64,000 nucleotides of DNA. Source: an uncultured Verrucomicrobiae bacterium (GTDB lineage: Bacteria > Verrucomicrobiota > Verrucomicrobiia > Chthoniobacterales > JAFAMB01). The translations under genes and the position numbers were made by a program. Shown piece after piece: positions 27,841-37,929 of this stretch. The notes below the pieces were generated by a model. The model was not told where the DNA came from. It did not search any database and saw nothing but the letters and a program-made list of their open reading frames with translations. The DNA lies in contig CAVXLD010000003.1 of the NCBI GenBank assembly GCA_963762565.1, positions 800,001 through 864,000 of the forward strand, given 5' to 3'. Each line of letters begins with the position of its first letter. The first letter of the stretch is position 1.

Positions 27841-29823
27841 TCAGAATCGCAATGAACCGTCCATGAAATGATACGTCTGACCGAACCACAACAGGACCCC
27901 GCATGCGGCAAGCAAAAGCAAAGTGTGGAGCCGGTTGAGCACGGTACCCTGTTGCCCGATCCAGAAATACAACGTCGCAATTCCGATCACGGCCACACCA
28001 CCGCCGGGGCCGATCCAGGCAAGCCAGTGGATTGTATTCAGCCAACGGTCCTGAGAAGAAGAGATCTGGGCTACATTATTGCTGATCTTGGCAAAGAACA
28101 GAAAGACCGCGACGGCAAAGGCGACGATGACCAAACACCAGAGTCGGGTAAGCAGATACAAGACCTTGGCTCCAGCATTGCTTTCGAACAAAGGCCGCTG
28201 ATATCGCCACCGAACGATCATGGCTAACGGAAACAACAGAGCGGTAATGCCAATCAGAGCAGCCGCCGCGCCGACCAGCCAAAGCACAAACGGACGGGAC
28301 TGTGTGAAGCTGACCCTTTGAAATACCCAGATCGGCCAAGAGGGGACGAGATCCGAGATTTCTTCATTCTGGCCATGGCGAAAGCCAATCATCTGTTCGC
28401 CATTAACTTCGCGATAGATCAAAGGAGCGACTTCCTGCCACCGGATCACTGTTCCTCGGTTGTCTTTAAACAAATCGATCGTCAGGACCCCGTTTGCGTC
28501 GGCATCCACTTTAACCTGCTGCGCTAGTCCCACCGAGCGCAGAATGCTGGATTCAGACCGGATACTCGGCTGGTAATAACCTTTCACCAACTCCCCGTCT
28601 TTGCTTTGCGATGTGATCGATTCCGTTGTGGTGGCCGGAGCCGGATAGTACCGGTCGAGGAATGCTTGAACGATTTCTTCCGGATTTAGTGTTTTATCAT
28701 TACCGGCGCTGTTGAGCGAAACGAAAAACCCGACCTTTTCGTCCGGAATAAGAATGAGATCGCTGTGGAAGTAGACAGTGTCACCTCCGTGTCCAATGAT
28801 TCGCGGGCCGGCCGGCCTTCGTTCTATGAATACAAGGCCCATGGCATTTAGTTTGGGATCAAGCACTAACACACGATCCTCCATTTTTTGCAGAGAATCC
28901 GGGTTGATAATCTGAGCGCCTTCTAATGCTCCTTCATTCAACAGCGCCGCCATGAAATGGCCCATATCGATACCGGTAGTCGAAAGGGCGCCAGCCGGAA
29001 CCGCCTGTACATATTCGAAACCACCGGGCGCATCCGTTGCCGTTTTGTATCCGTTGGACAGGTCGGGTAACAAGTCCTCCGGCAACGGTTGATCAAAGGT
29101 GCTGTGCTCCATCTGCAAAGGCCGGAAAATTTGATATCGGATATATTCCTTATAGGGCACACCGGATACCCTTTCGAGGATGTAGCCGGCGAGGGCCAAG
29201 CCGTAATTAGAGTAAGCAGGGACAGCACCCGGGGAGTAAATCCGATCCGGCATTTCAGCGATCAAGTAGTCTCTCAGCGGACGGAGCTCTTCGCGCCGGC
29301 TCACAAAGAGATTTCGAAGCCGCAGATCAAAACCTGCCGAGTGGGTGAGCAGGTTCCGCATCGTGATCGGCTGAAGGAACGTGGCTGGGATCTTGAAATC
29401 CAAGTAGTCATTAATGTCCCGATCCAGGTCGATTTTGCCATCCTCAACCAACTGCATTACTGCGATAGCCGTAAAAAGCTTGGTAATTGAGCCAGGACGA
29501 AACAGGGTACGATCGGGCACCACCGTTTGCCGGCGGGCGAAATCGGAGTAACCGAAACCTTTGCAGAGCAAGACTTGTCCATCCTTAACCACGGTAACAA
29601 CGCCTCCGGCGATATTGCGCCTGGCCAACTCCACGTTCATGAGCCCATCCAGGAAAGGTTCTAGATCCTGCGCCGTCAGTTTCACGGCAACGGGTTGCGG
29701 CGCCGGTGGCGGAGTTGCTGTCGGAAGAACGAACGGAGTAGGAGAGGCCGTTGATTGGTCAGTTTCTTGCGCGAGACCGGCAAAAGGGAAGAGCGCCAAG
29801 AGAAGTACAAAATAGCGATTCAT
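27841..29823 (-). CDS. Serine hydrolase (beta-lactamase/PBP family) with C-terminal membrane domain
   Basis: Signal peptide; SxxK (PGSITK), YSN and GHGG motifs; 4 C-terminal TM helices. Confidence 0.9.
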   Translation of the reverse strand: MNRYFVLLLALFPFAGLAQETDQSTASPTPFVLPTATPPPAPQPVAVKLTAQDLEPFLDGLMNVELARRNIAGGVVTVVKDGQVLLCKGFGYSDFARRQTVVPDRTLFRPGSITKLFTAIAVMQLVEDGKIDLDRDINDYLDFKIPATFLQPITMRNLLTHSAGFDLRLRNLFVSRREELRPLRDYLIAEMPDRIYSPGAVPAYSNYGLALAGYILERVSGVPYKEYIRYQIFRPLQMEHSTFDQPLPEDLLPDLSNGYKTATDAPGGFEYVQAVPAGALSTTGIDMGHFMAALLNEGALEGAQIINPDSLQKMEDRVLVLDPKLNAMGLVFIERRPAGPRIIGHGGDTVYFHSDLILIPDEKVGFFVSLNSAGNDKTLNPEEIVQAFLDRYYPAPATTTESITSQSKDGELVKGYYQPSIRSESSILRSVGLAQQVKVDADANGVLTIDLFKDNRGTVIRWQEVAPLIYREVNGEQMIGFRHGQNEEISDLVPSWPIWVFQRVSFTQSRPFVLWLVGAAAALIGITALLFPLAMIVRWRYQRPLFESNAGAKVLYLLTRLWCLVIVAFAVAVFLFFAKISNNVAQISSSQDRWLNTIHWLAWIGPGGGVAVIGIATLYFWIGQQGTVLNRLHTLLLLAACGVLLWFGQTYHFMDGSLRF

Positions 29824-29919
29824 TTTGAATGGACCGTTTCTCGAACGTCGTCGGCTCAATTGAGCCGCCGGGCAATATAGTAGACGACGGAAGTCGCTCC
29901 CAGTTTCTTTGCGCCTAAT

Positions 29920-30356
29920 TGGTGGGGCGAGGGCCTGCCGCGCCGTAGGCTTGGCGTAGGCGGGCTCCGGATCTTCCTGAAATGGATGCCAAGGCGGTTG
30001 CCCTTCTCGAATCTATGGCGGACAACACCGAAAGATCGCCGAGCCGCGGCCCGGCGTGTGGCCACATCCACAGTTTTGGTAGGGCGAGGCTCCGGATCTT
30101 CCTCAAAGCTTGATCAAGGCCATTGCGCTTACCAGATCTGCGGCGACCATCGGCGAACGGTTGCCTAGCCGCGGCCCAGCGCCTGTCCAGATCCACAGTT
30201 GACCCGAATCGCAACCTTTGTAGGACGTTCGGGCGCTGGATCAGAGCGACACCGTGGGCGCGGCTCGGCGGCGGATTGGCCCTAAATACGAAATCATGGC
30301 TCAACGTTGCAGCCCTTGGAATGCTCCAAAGGCCATACGGGAGCCTCGCCCCACCA
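29920..30356. repeat. Tandem partial plus complete copies of the B-bounded ~280-bp element
   Basis: B with insert 29920-29968; B 30077-30093; B' 30340-30356; cores homologous to 6073-6316. Confidence 0.9.
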
Positions 30357-30412
30357 ATGTCTTTCGCGGTTTCAATATCGCCAACCCGCTACGCGGATGC
30401 TTTTCGGACTTG

Positions 30413-30593
30413 GCGCAGTACTCCAACACTCCCGCACTCCATCACTCCGCGAGGCCGGATTCGAGGACAGCCTGTCCGCCGTAGCCCACGGTCTATGTTG
30501 CCACCGCTCGAAGTCGGCCTCGCAAGCGAGGCGCGCTCCACACCAAGGAGTCGGCGAAGGCGGAAGGACGACGAGGACGAGAACGAAACGCCC
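30413..30593 (+). repeat. Composite repeat E (ACTCC array + GGATTCGAGGACGACG..GAGAACG) carrying nested insertions
   Basis: Uninterrupted versions at 32672-32758 (minus) and 9638-9680; related composite at 62553-62723. Confidence 0.85.
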
Positions 30594-30598
30594 ATAAC

Positions 30599-31708
30599 CT
30601 ACAACCGATGATCCCCGAACGGCCCGGAATACGCCGCTGCAGTTTGCTTCGGCAAATGGTCCACCGGCAGCAAAGGAAACAGCAATTCCGCGACCCGATA
30701 GGCCTCTTCCAAATTGGGGTATCCCGAAAGAATAAAACACTCGATTCCGAGCGCGGCGTATTCTTTCATTCGAGTTGCCACGGTCTCCGGATTTCCGACT
30801 AGCGCGGTGCCGGCGCCGCCACGGACTAAGCCGACTCCCGCCCAAAGATTCGGACTAATTTCCAGGCGGTCGCGTCTCCCACCGTGCAGTTGGCTCATTC
30901 GTTTCTGCCCTTCGGAGTCGAATCGCGCAAAAGTCTTTTGGGCAGCAGCGATACTTTCGTCGGAAACGTAACGCAAAAGATCATCCGCCGCTTGCCAGGC
31001 TTCTTTGTCGGTCTCACGGACGATGACGTGCACCCGCAAACCAAACCGCAAAAATCTCCCGAAGGAGGCGGCTAACTCCTGTACTTCAGCGATCTTAGCC
31101 GCAACCGCATCAGGTGGTTCTCCCCAGGTGAGTGAGACATCCACATGCTCGGCTGCGATCCGATGGCCCGCCGGAGAAGCACCGCCAAACCAGAGTTCTG
31201 GATATGGCTTTTGCACGCCGGGTCGAAAAAGTTTTGCATCCTGCACCTGCAAATAAGCGCCATTGAAATCGACCGACTCACCCGCAAGTACCCGACGAAA
31301 GATTTTGAGAAACTCACCCGTCAGCGCGTATCGCTCATCATGTTTCAAATGTAATCCGTCTCCGGCAAGTTCCACCGGGTCGCCGCCAGTAACAACGTTG
31401 AGCAGCAATCTGCCGCCGGAGTACTGGTCGAATGTCGCCACCATTCGCGCGGCCATCGTCGGCGTCATTAATCCAGGCCGGACCGCGATCAAAAAACGCA
31501 TCTGTTGGGTGCACGAGATGAGCGCAGACGCCGCGATCCAAGAGTCATCGCAGGTTCGGCCGGTGGGCAATAAAGCACCGTAAAAACCCAGGCTATCGAC
31601 CGCCTCAGCAATCTGGCGCAGATAGGCAAAGTTGGTATCTCGCGCTCCAAGAGCCGACCCGAGGTGCCGGCCATCGCCGAAAGTTGGGAGAAACCAGAGT
31701 AATTTCAT
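30599..31708 (-). CDS. ssuD: FMNH2-dependent alkanesulfonate monooxygenase
   Basis: [57 protein letters not shown]. Confidence 0.95.
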   Translation of the reverse strand: MKLLWFLPTFGDGRHLGSALGARDTNFAYLRQIAEAVDSLGFYGALLPTGRTCDDSWIAASALISCTQQMRFLIAVRPGLMTPTMAARMVATFDQYSGGRLLLNVVTGGDPVELAGDGLHLKHDERYALTGEFLKIFRRVLAGESVDFNGAYLQVQDAKLFRPGVQKPYPELWFGGASPAGHRIAAEHVDVSLTWGEPPDAVAAKIAEVQELAASFGRFLRFGLRVHVIVRETDKEAWQAADDLLRYVSDESIAAAQKTFARFDSEGQKRMSQLHGGRRDRLEISPNLWAGVGLVRGGAGTALVGNPETVATRMKEYAALGIECFILSGYPNLEEAYRVAELLFPLLPVDHLPKQTAAAYSGPFGDHRL

Positions 31709-31735
31709 CTAACGTTTCGTTCTTGTGGGCTAGGG

Positions 31736-32854
31736 CTAGTCTGGAATCCGCACCACAGCGTCTGCGACCTGGATCGTTTTCGGAATCAGTTTTAACCCAA
31801 AAAAGGTATCGCCGATCGTCTGTTGATCAGAAACGACCTGATCGCTGATGGATTGAAATCCCCACGGCGTGGCGCGGACCACTTTGTTGATCACTGCTTC
31901 GCTCATCCCGAGCTGCGGAGCCAAGTAGTGAACTACCTCCTCAGGCTTCGTCGTTACCCAGGTTCCAGACCGGTTAACGGCATCCCGGACAGCTAACAAG
32001 ATGTCGGAGTGCGCTTGTGCGAAACGACGATCGGCCAGGAAGAATTCTCGATTCGCGGCGACTCCTTCTGCATCCTGCAAAATACGCGCACCGGACCTGT
32101 CAACGGCCGCCGTCATATACGGATCCCAGATGACCCAGGCATCGACACTGCCTCCTTCGAGCGCCGCCCAGGCGTCCGCCGGCGTTAGATACGCCGGGGT
32201 TATCTCGTCCATCTTAAGCCCATACTTCTCCAGCAGTTTTACCAGAAAGAAATGGACATTGGATCCTTTGTTAAGCGCGATGCGTTTCCCCTTCAGGTCC
32301 GACACATTCTGAATCGGGGAGTCCTTCTTGACCAACACACCTTCTCCTTTCGGAAATGGGGGTTGATTGCCGAAATAAACCAGGTTCACACCCGCTGCTT
32401 GGGCGAAAATCGGTGGTGCTTCACCAGTATTTCCAAAGTCGATACCGTCAGCATTCAAAGCTTCAAGGAGTTGCGGGCCGGCCGGGAAAAGGATCCAGGT
32501 TACGGCGATCCCGCGCGCAGCTAACGATTTCTCAAAGCTGCCCTCAGCCTTGAGAACATTCAGCGTGCCATACTTCTGATACCCAATACGAACCGCAGCC
32601 AATTTTTGGTCTTCGGCGTGTGTGAGTGAAACTAACGCTAGAAATGCTCCACAAAGGACAGCGCTCACCCAGCGCTTCGTTCTCGTTCTCGTCCTCGTCG
32701 TCGTCCTCGAATCCGGCCGCGCGGAGTGATGGAGTGTTGGAGTGCTGGAGTATTGCGCTATGTCCGAATTGCACTCGGCGGGTGGGGGGGTGAGGGGGCT
32801 GAAGGCGATGTCCAAACTCTTCAGGGCGCGATCATCTTGCAGATTTAACTCCAT
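31736..32854 (-). CDS. ssuA: Aliphatic sulfonate ABC transporter substrate-binding protein
   Basis: RIGYQKYG, FPAGPQLLEAL, TGEAPPIFAQAAG, KGSNVH, VDAWVIWDP; adjacent to ssuD; N-terminus contains a repeat module so the start is uncertain. Confidence 0.9.
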   Translation of the reverse strand: MELNLQDDRALKSLDIAFSPLTPPPAECNSDIAQYSSTPTLHHSARPDSRTTTRTRTRTKRWVSAVLCGAFLALVSLTHAEDQKLAAVRIGYQKYGTLNVLKAEGSFEKSLAARGIAVTWILFPAGPQLLEALNADGIDFGNTGEAPPIFAQAAGVNLVYFGNQPPFPKGEGVLVKKDSPIQNVSDLKGKRIALNKGSNVHFFLVKLLEKYGLKMDEITPAYLTPADAWAALEGGSVDAWVIWDPYMTAAVDRSGARILQDAEGVAANREFFLADRRFAQAHSDILLAVRDAVNRSGTWVTTKPEEVVHYLAPQLGMSEAVINKVVRATPWGFQSISDQVVSDQQTIGDTFFGLKLIPKTIQVADAVVRIPD

Positions 32855-32991
32855 ATCTAGGACGCTACCGTTTCAGTTGTTTCATCCCTTGTCGCGAATA
32901 GGCGCAATTGGAACTCTATCAATTAAGTAGACATTGCAACCGGAAAAAAACGACTCGCGCACCGTCCGGTTGTCATCTATCCGTACACGTG

Positions 32992-33579
32992 ATGTGTTTC
33001 GGGTTTGGGTTGCAGTCGTTTCTTTTCTGCGTCTACGCCATCCTCTTTGCATTCGCGCCGTTCTTGACTCGGCCGGCTCAGGCCGACGACATCACGGCGA
33101 CGGACGGCAAAGTGTATCACCACGTTGAGGTTCTCACTCGGAACGCTTCGGCCATGTTGATTCGAAGCGATGAAGGCGAAACCGCGCTTTCGTACAATGA
33201 CTTGAAACCAGCTGACCGGGATAAATACTCCAAGACCCTCGCGAAATCGATCGAACTACCGGCGCTGACGGTTATCGGCGAAAAACCGACATTCCTCCAA
33301 GATTCGACCAGTTCGAAGGAGTTCAACGCGGCTCAGAAAGAGTTTAATAAAGCCATCGCGGAAAAGAAACAAGCTGCCCAGGATAAGAAACTGCATCCGG
33401 AATACAAACCGATCCAGATGTTCAATGGCGGCCTCAACCTCAGTCTGGGAGGATCGAATAATCTGGTTGAAGGCGGCCTCCAGCCCAGTTATCTCGGCCT
33501 GCAATACCAGCAGCTCTCGCCCAACATCGTCGAAAAAGACCTGAAAATTTTCGACGATGCGATCAACGGGAAACAATAG
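32992..33579 (+). CDS. Secreted hypothetical protein
   Basis: Hydrophobic leader ending AQA, then DDITATDGKVY; clean ORF divergent from ssuA. Confidence 0.6.
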   Translation: MCFGFGLQSFLFCVYAILFAFAPFLTRPAQADDITATDGKVYHHVEVLTRNASAMLIRSDEGETALSYNDLKPADRDKYSKTLAKSIELPALTVIGEKPTFLQDSTSSKEFNAAQKEFNKAIAEKKQAAQDKKLHPEYKPIQMFNGGLNLSLGGSNNLVEGGLQPSYLGLQYQQLSPNIVEKDLKIFDDAINGKQ

Positions 33580-33754
33580 CGCGACCTCGCCGTAGGCTCG
33601 CTCGCGAATGACAGATGACAGATGGCAAATGACAAATTTGCCATCCCTTGGATAAACCGGCGCGTCCCACAGCAGGTGGACTTTCCCCAGCGTTTCGATC
33701 TGTCATTTGTCATTTGTCATTTGTCATCGAACGAGCTTCAGGCGAGTTCGCGTA

Positions 33755-34249
33755 ATGAGTTGGATGAACGCGGTCGAGTTCTCGTTCTACCTGGTCGAGA
33801 CCTTTGCCCTGCCTTTCGCAATCCTGGTTTACGTTTTCGAGCGCCGCAAAGAACGGATCGCCGACCAGGAAGAGCTCTATCAACGTCTCTCGGACGAATA
33901 CACGAACTTTCTCAAACTGGTGCTCGATAATGCGGATCTGCAGCTCTTGAGCAAACAGGCGCCGCTTCGTGAGCTCAGCGAAGAACAGAAAGAACGCCGG
34001 CTGGCGCTTTTCGGAATCCTGGTCTCGATCTTCGAACGAGCCTATATCCTGGTTTACGAAGAACACATGGATAAACAGACCAAGCGGCTATGGTCCTCGT
34101 GGGAGGATTACATGCGGGAATGGTGCCAGCGTACGGACTTCAGAAAAGCTTTACCGGAGCTCTTAGAAGGAGAAGACCCAGATTTTCGAAAGCACATCGA
34201 ACAGGTTGCGCGAAGCTCGCCTGAGGCTCGCTCCGCGAATAGCCAATAG
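33755..34249 (+). CDS. Hypothetical protein with N-terminal membrane anchor
   Basis: Clean ORF with one TM helix and a helical domain (FERAYILVY, WEDYMREW). Confidence 0.7.
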   Translation: MSWMNAVEFSFYLVETFALPFAILVYVFERRKERIADQEELYQRLSDEYTNFLKLVLDNADLQLLSKQAPLRELSEEQKERRLALFGILVSIFERAYILVYEEHMDKQTKRLWSSWEDYMREWCQRTDFRKALPELLEGEDPDFRKHIEQVARSSPEARSANSQ

Positions 34250-34411
34250 CCAATAGCCAATAGCCAATGACGACGGTAGGATGAGGTTACTGGAATGGGC
34301 ATCAAGGTTCGCGTTCGCCACATTGCCGATTCACCGAACCGCTAAAACGGCTCATTGGCTCCCATCCTTTGGCTATTGGCTATCGGCTATCGGCTATTCG
34401 CGGAGCGCGGC

Positions 34412-34759
34412 TTGAACTCCTCAAACTCCGCGAACTATACTATCGTTCTGAAAACGCTCGGATTTATCAGCTTTTTCTTGATCATGAATGGTTCGCCCCT
34501 CTTTGCAGGACCAGTGCAATTTACTGGTGGGAATGGCAGCTCTTTGGAATCCGCTGTTGTTATCAGCGGCGCCAAACACGAAAGCGACGGCATCAGCGCC
34601 GAACATCGGTATCTATCCGAACACTTCGCTTCTTGGTTTCTAAAACGCCAGGTACTCGTGAACCAGAAAGGCCGGGTCTACGATCGGATGGAAATCACCG
34701 ATCAGAACGGGAAACAGCGCTCGGTTTTCTTCGACATCACCGATTTTTTCGGCAAATAG
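34412..34759 (+). CDS. Small secreted hypothetical protein (start uncertain)
   Basis: GGNGSSLESAVVI..GISAEHRY..QVL..YDRME..VFFDITDFFGK; hydrophobic leader. Confidence 0.6.
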   Translation: MNSSNSANYTIVLKTLGFISFFLIMNGSPLFAGPVQFTGGNGSSLESAVVISGAKHESDGISAEHRYLSEHFASWFLKRQVLVNQKGRVYDRMEITDQNGKQRSVFFDITDFFGK

Positions 34760-34781
34760 TTGCTTTTTGCATTCGTCTCTA

Positions 34782-35864
34782 ATGTCTCGAGCAGTTCATC
34801 ATCGCGAAGTTACCATGACAGATGTCGCGGCCCGGTGCGGCGTCTCGTATCAAACCGTCTCCCGGGTGGTCAACGAGATGCCCGAGGTCGCTGAAGCTAC
34901 TCGTACCCGGGTTCTCCGCGTCATCGAACAACTCGGTTACCGGCCCAATATGACCGCGCGTCATCTCGTCAGCCGGCGTTCAACGGTGCTTGGTCACGTC
35001 GGTTTCGCGATTGGACTCTATGGACCCTCCCAGATGATGGTCAACGTCGAGGAATCAGCTAAGCAGGCCGGTTACAGGGTCATGTTTACTGGGGTACTGG
35101 ACCCCAATATTAGCGAGATTTCCCGGGCAGTGAATGAGCTCTGCTCGCATCGGGTCGCCGGCATCTTGATCTATCTGCCGCTGGAGATGGACCTGAGTGT
35201 CTTGCGCAGTCTTTGTCAGAACATCCCGATAGTGGCCATGGATTCAGACCTTAATTTCAAGACCCTTGCCGTGATGGTGCAACAGAAGAGCGGTTCCAGG
35301 ATCGCGACGGAGCATCTCATCAATCTTGGGCACCGGCGAATTGCGTGTATCCGGGCTTCGCAGGCTTGGAGACCAGGTCGCTTACGTTATCAGGGATGGC
35401 TTTCCGCTTTGAAAGAAGCAAACCTGATTCCCGGACCTTGTGTGGAAGGGGACTGGTCACCGCTAAGCGGATTTCAGGCAGCCCAGACTCTGATAAAGGA
35501 TCACTGGGGCGAATTCACGGCTTTGGTCGTGGCAAACGATCAAATGGCGTTGGGAGCAATTTGCGCCTTTCACGAAGCCGGTATCTCGGTCCCGAACGAT
35601 ATCTCGGTTGTCGGGTTCGACGATATCCCCGAATCCGGTTATTTCTTGCCGCCGCTCACCACGATCCGCCAAGATTTCCCCAGGGTCGGTAAGCTTGGTG
35701 TTCAATGTTTGCTTGAAGAAATCCGCTCCGCCGCGCGCAGCACTCGGACCTACACGATCGTCCCGACCCTAATACAACGTGCCAGCACCGCCCGTCCGAA
35801 AAAGAAGTCCCAACGACCGGCCAGAAGTAAGAACGGAAGCGAAAACCACGCTCAGGCGAAATAG
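34782..35864 (+). CDS. LacI family transcriptional regulator
   Basis: TMTDVAARCGVSYQTVSRVVN HTH, LGYRPN, NDQMALG, ISVVGFDD, PPLTTIRQD. Confidence 0.95.
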   Translation: MSRAVHHREVTMTDVAARCGVSYQTVSRVVNEMPEVAEATRTRVLRVIEQLGYRPNMTARHLVSRRSTVLGHVGFAIGLYGPSQMMVNVEESAKQAGYRVMFTGVLDPNISEISRAVNELCSHRVAGILIYLPLEMDLSVLRSLCQNIPIVAMDSDLNFKTLAVMVQQKSGSRIATEHLINLGHRRIACIRASQAWRPGRLRYQGWLSALKEANLIPGPCVEGDWSPLSGFQAAQTLIKDHWGEFTALVVANDQMALGAICAFHEAGISVPNDISVVGFDDIPESGYFLPPLTTIRQDFPRVGKLGVQCLLEEIRSAARSTRTYTIVPTLIQRASTARPKKKSQRPARSKNGSENHAQAK

Positions 35865-36407
35865 CAGGGTTGCCACCCGTGGAGCGCTGCCTCGCTTGCG
35901 AGGCCGTGGTGAGCAGGGAGACGTTGGTTCCGATGCTCTTGCTCGCTCTGCGCTTTATCTTAGGCAAGGTGCGGTCGGATCAACGATCGGAAGACGTCGT
36001 TTCGCATGATTACGTTAATTAGCCCGCCCAAGTGTAGAGAGGCGAATCAATACCGCGCCTGAAAAATCCAAGCAAAAGAATAGCGAGGCACTCACCATTT
36101 TAATCCGAATACCGCACGGGTAAGTTCGTGGCTTAATCGCGAAGTTAGCAAAATCCTCCAGCTGGAGTTAGCAGATCAGCCTCCGCCTGAAAGAGGTGTC
36201 AGGTACTCTCGAGTGTTAACCGTACCGCTCCGGGGATAGGCGCTGTCGCGTTTCGAGGCCACGTGCTTAGGCGCAAATGAATATAGGATGGATGCGCTGG
36301 TCGCAGTCCTGTTTAAGCGATCTGTGACTGTTCCAAAACCACTTCTTTCGCTTTCTTATCGTCTCTCCAGCCTAGGAACGTGGTCTGGCGTAGCTGGTCG
36401 TCAGCGG

Positions 36408-36890
36408 TTAATTCAGCGTAGCCGTAGTGGCGGAGTTCGCCATTGGTGTAAGCACCGAGCACGACAGCACCCAGATGCTTCCGGCTTCCTTTGGGCGCAT
36501 CGGGTTACCCGTAAGGTCATCTCCGTTATACCAAAGGACGTCAAAGACGTAGGAGAGAGTCGGCGCCGTGGGTTGCTTTTGGAACCTTTGCAAAAGCTGA
36601 AAACGCGGGATCCCATTTTTATCAACGGCGACAATTTCACCATCGAGAATGGTCGAGCGCAGCTTTAGCTTAGAGACCGCGGTCGCCACGGCCGGGAATT
36701 TCGCTTCCAATGCCAGGCCGTTTCGCGACCAGAGGTGCGGCTTGCCGGCCGCATCGAAAACGGTGATCGCCCGGTAACCATCGAGCTTGATTTCGAAGAT
36801 CCAATCTGGCGAGTCAAAGGGAGTTTTTGCGCTCTCCGCCGATCTTACACTCAGAGGTGACCCTTGGATCTCGTTTTTCCGTTCCCTCAA
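36408..36890 (-). pseudogene. ATP-dependent DNA ligase (LigD-type ligase domain) fragment
   Basis: Motifs I (EIKLDGYR), III (LDGEIV) and IIIa (YVFDVL) present; motifs IV-V absent and similarity stops after DDLTG. Confidence 0.8.
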
Positions 36891-36899
36891 AGCGAAGTT

Positions 36900-37697
36900 T
36901 CATAACCGCGAAAGCAATTCGGTCTTCTTGGATTTGAACTCGTCGTCGGAGAGAATACCCTTCTGATGCAGGTCGGCGATGCGTTCAAGCGCCTTCAGGA
37001 TGTCGTCGTGAGATTGAAGTGAGCTGCCAGAGCCCTGGCGCGAGATCGCGACCGGAGCGGCTGCAGCCTCTGCAGTCTCCTGGGATGGGGCGGTGGGTTC
37101 AGCGACGGCCTCACCCCCGCCAGGACTTTCCAGTGACAGAGTGTCAACGCCGAACGTTCCGTATTGACTGCTGAACGTTAGAGAGCCTGAGTAGCCTCCC
37201 TGCTGTTGCTGCACGCCCGTAATCTGGTGGTTCAGGGTGTTGTACAGTCTGATCTTCCCGTTGTGCAAAATAGCGAGCCGCTGCCTTTGCGGAAAGTAGG
37301 CGTAGCGTGCGTCGTTTTGCCCGCCGCTGGAGCTTGGGTTGCCCAACTCAGCGGGCCACCAGGCATTGCCTGGAGCGATCAAGCCGCCGACCTCGCTCTG
37401 CTTAGGCAGTGGAACAAAGAGTTGTTGAGAACTGAGAAGCGATGAAAGCTCCGAGCACAACCCACTCACGGTCGCTTTCAGGCCATGGTTAAACATGTCG
37501 CCGACCATAGTCATTCCACCGCTCATCCACTGACCGTTGCCGCCCAATTCAGGGTGGTAAAACTGCGCCAATGTCCCGCCTCCCGCCGCCACTGCAAAGA
37601 GGAGAGTTCGCACGGCGTCGACGCTGACGCCATAGCGTTGCGCCAAGCCTTGTATCGCTTGGTGCCCATCTGGTGTAAGAACCCGGGTTGAAGCCAT
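36900..37697 (-). CDS. SHOCT domain-containing protein
   Basis: C-terminal ALERIADLHQKGILSDDEFKSKKTELL; AQFYHPELGG.GQWM and WWPAELG motifs. Confidence 0.85.
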   Translation of the reverse strand: MASTRVLTPDGHQAIQGLAQRYGVSVDAVRTLLFAVAAGGGTLAQFYHPELGGNGQWMSGGMTMVGDMFNHGLKATVSGLCSELSSLLSSQQLFVPLPKQSEVGGLIAPGNAWWPAELGNPSSSGGQNDARYAYFPQRQRLAILHNGKIRLYNTLNHQITGVQQQQGGYSGSLTFSSQYGTFGVDTLSLESPGGGEAVAEPTAPSQETAEAAAAPVAISRQGSGSSLQSHDDILKALERIADLHQKGILSDDEFKSKKTELLSRL

Positions 37698-37929
37698 ATT
37701 TGATACTTTTACCGAACGCTCGGGAAGCCCGGAGACTTCTCGAAATGGACTACGTCAATGCGTCGCCGGTCATCGTGTGAATTGCTTGTGAAGATTGCGA
37801 TGCGTTTGGTCGATTGAATGTGAACCGGCAGAATTTCCGCCCGGGAATAGCAAGCGTCAATGATGGAATAGCGAGCACCGTCTCAAATGCGCTCTAATCG
37901 GATCCTAGAGCGTTTTTCTTGACGTCAGA

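Noticed and set aside
29856..30611. Cluster of short ORFs such as MERCLACEA.. and ..ASQARQRST.. (also near 6.0, 19.4, 23.8 and 62.5 kb)
   Set aside because: Translations of the palindromic repeats; frames are not conserved between copies
6021..35906. 28-bp repeat A as a CRISPR repeat
   Set aside because: Copies are dispersed kilobases apart, often as inverted pairs, with no regular spacers and no cas genes
36170..36215. Glycine-riboswitch-like CGCCTGAAAGAGGTGTCAGGT
   Set aside because: Only fragments of the consensus are present and there is no suitable downstream gene
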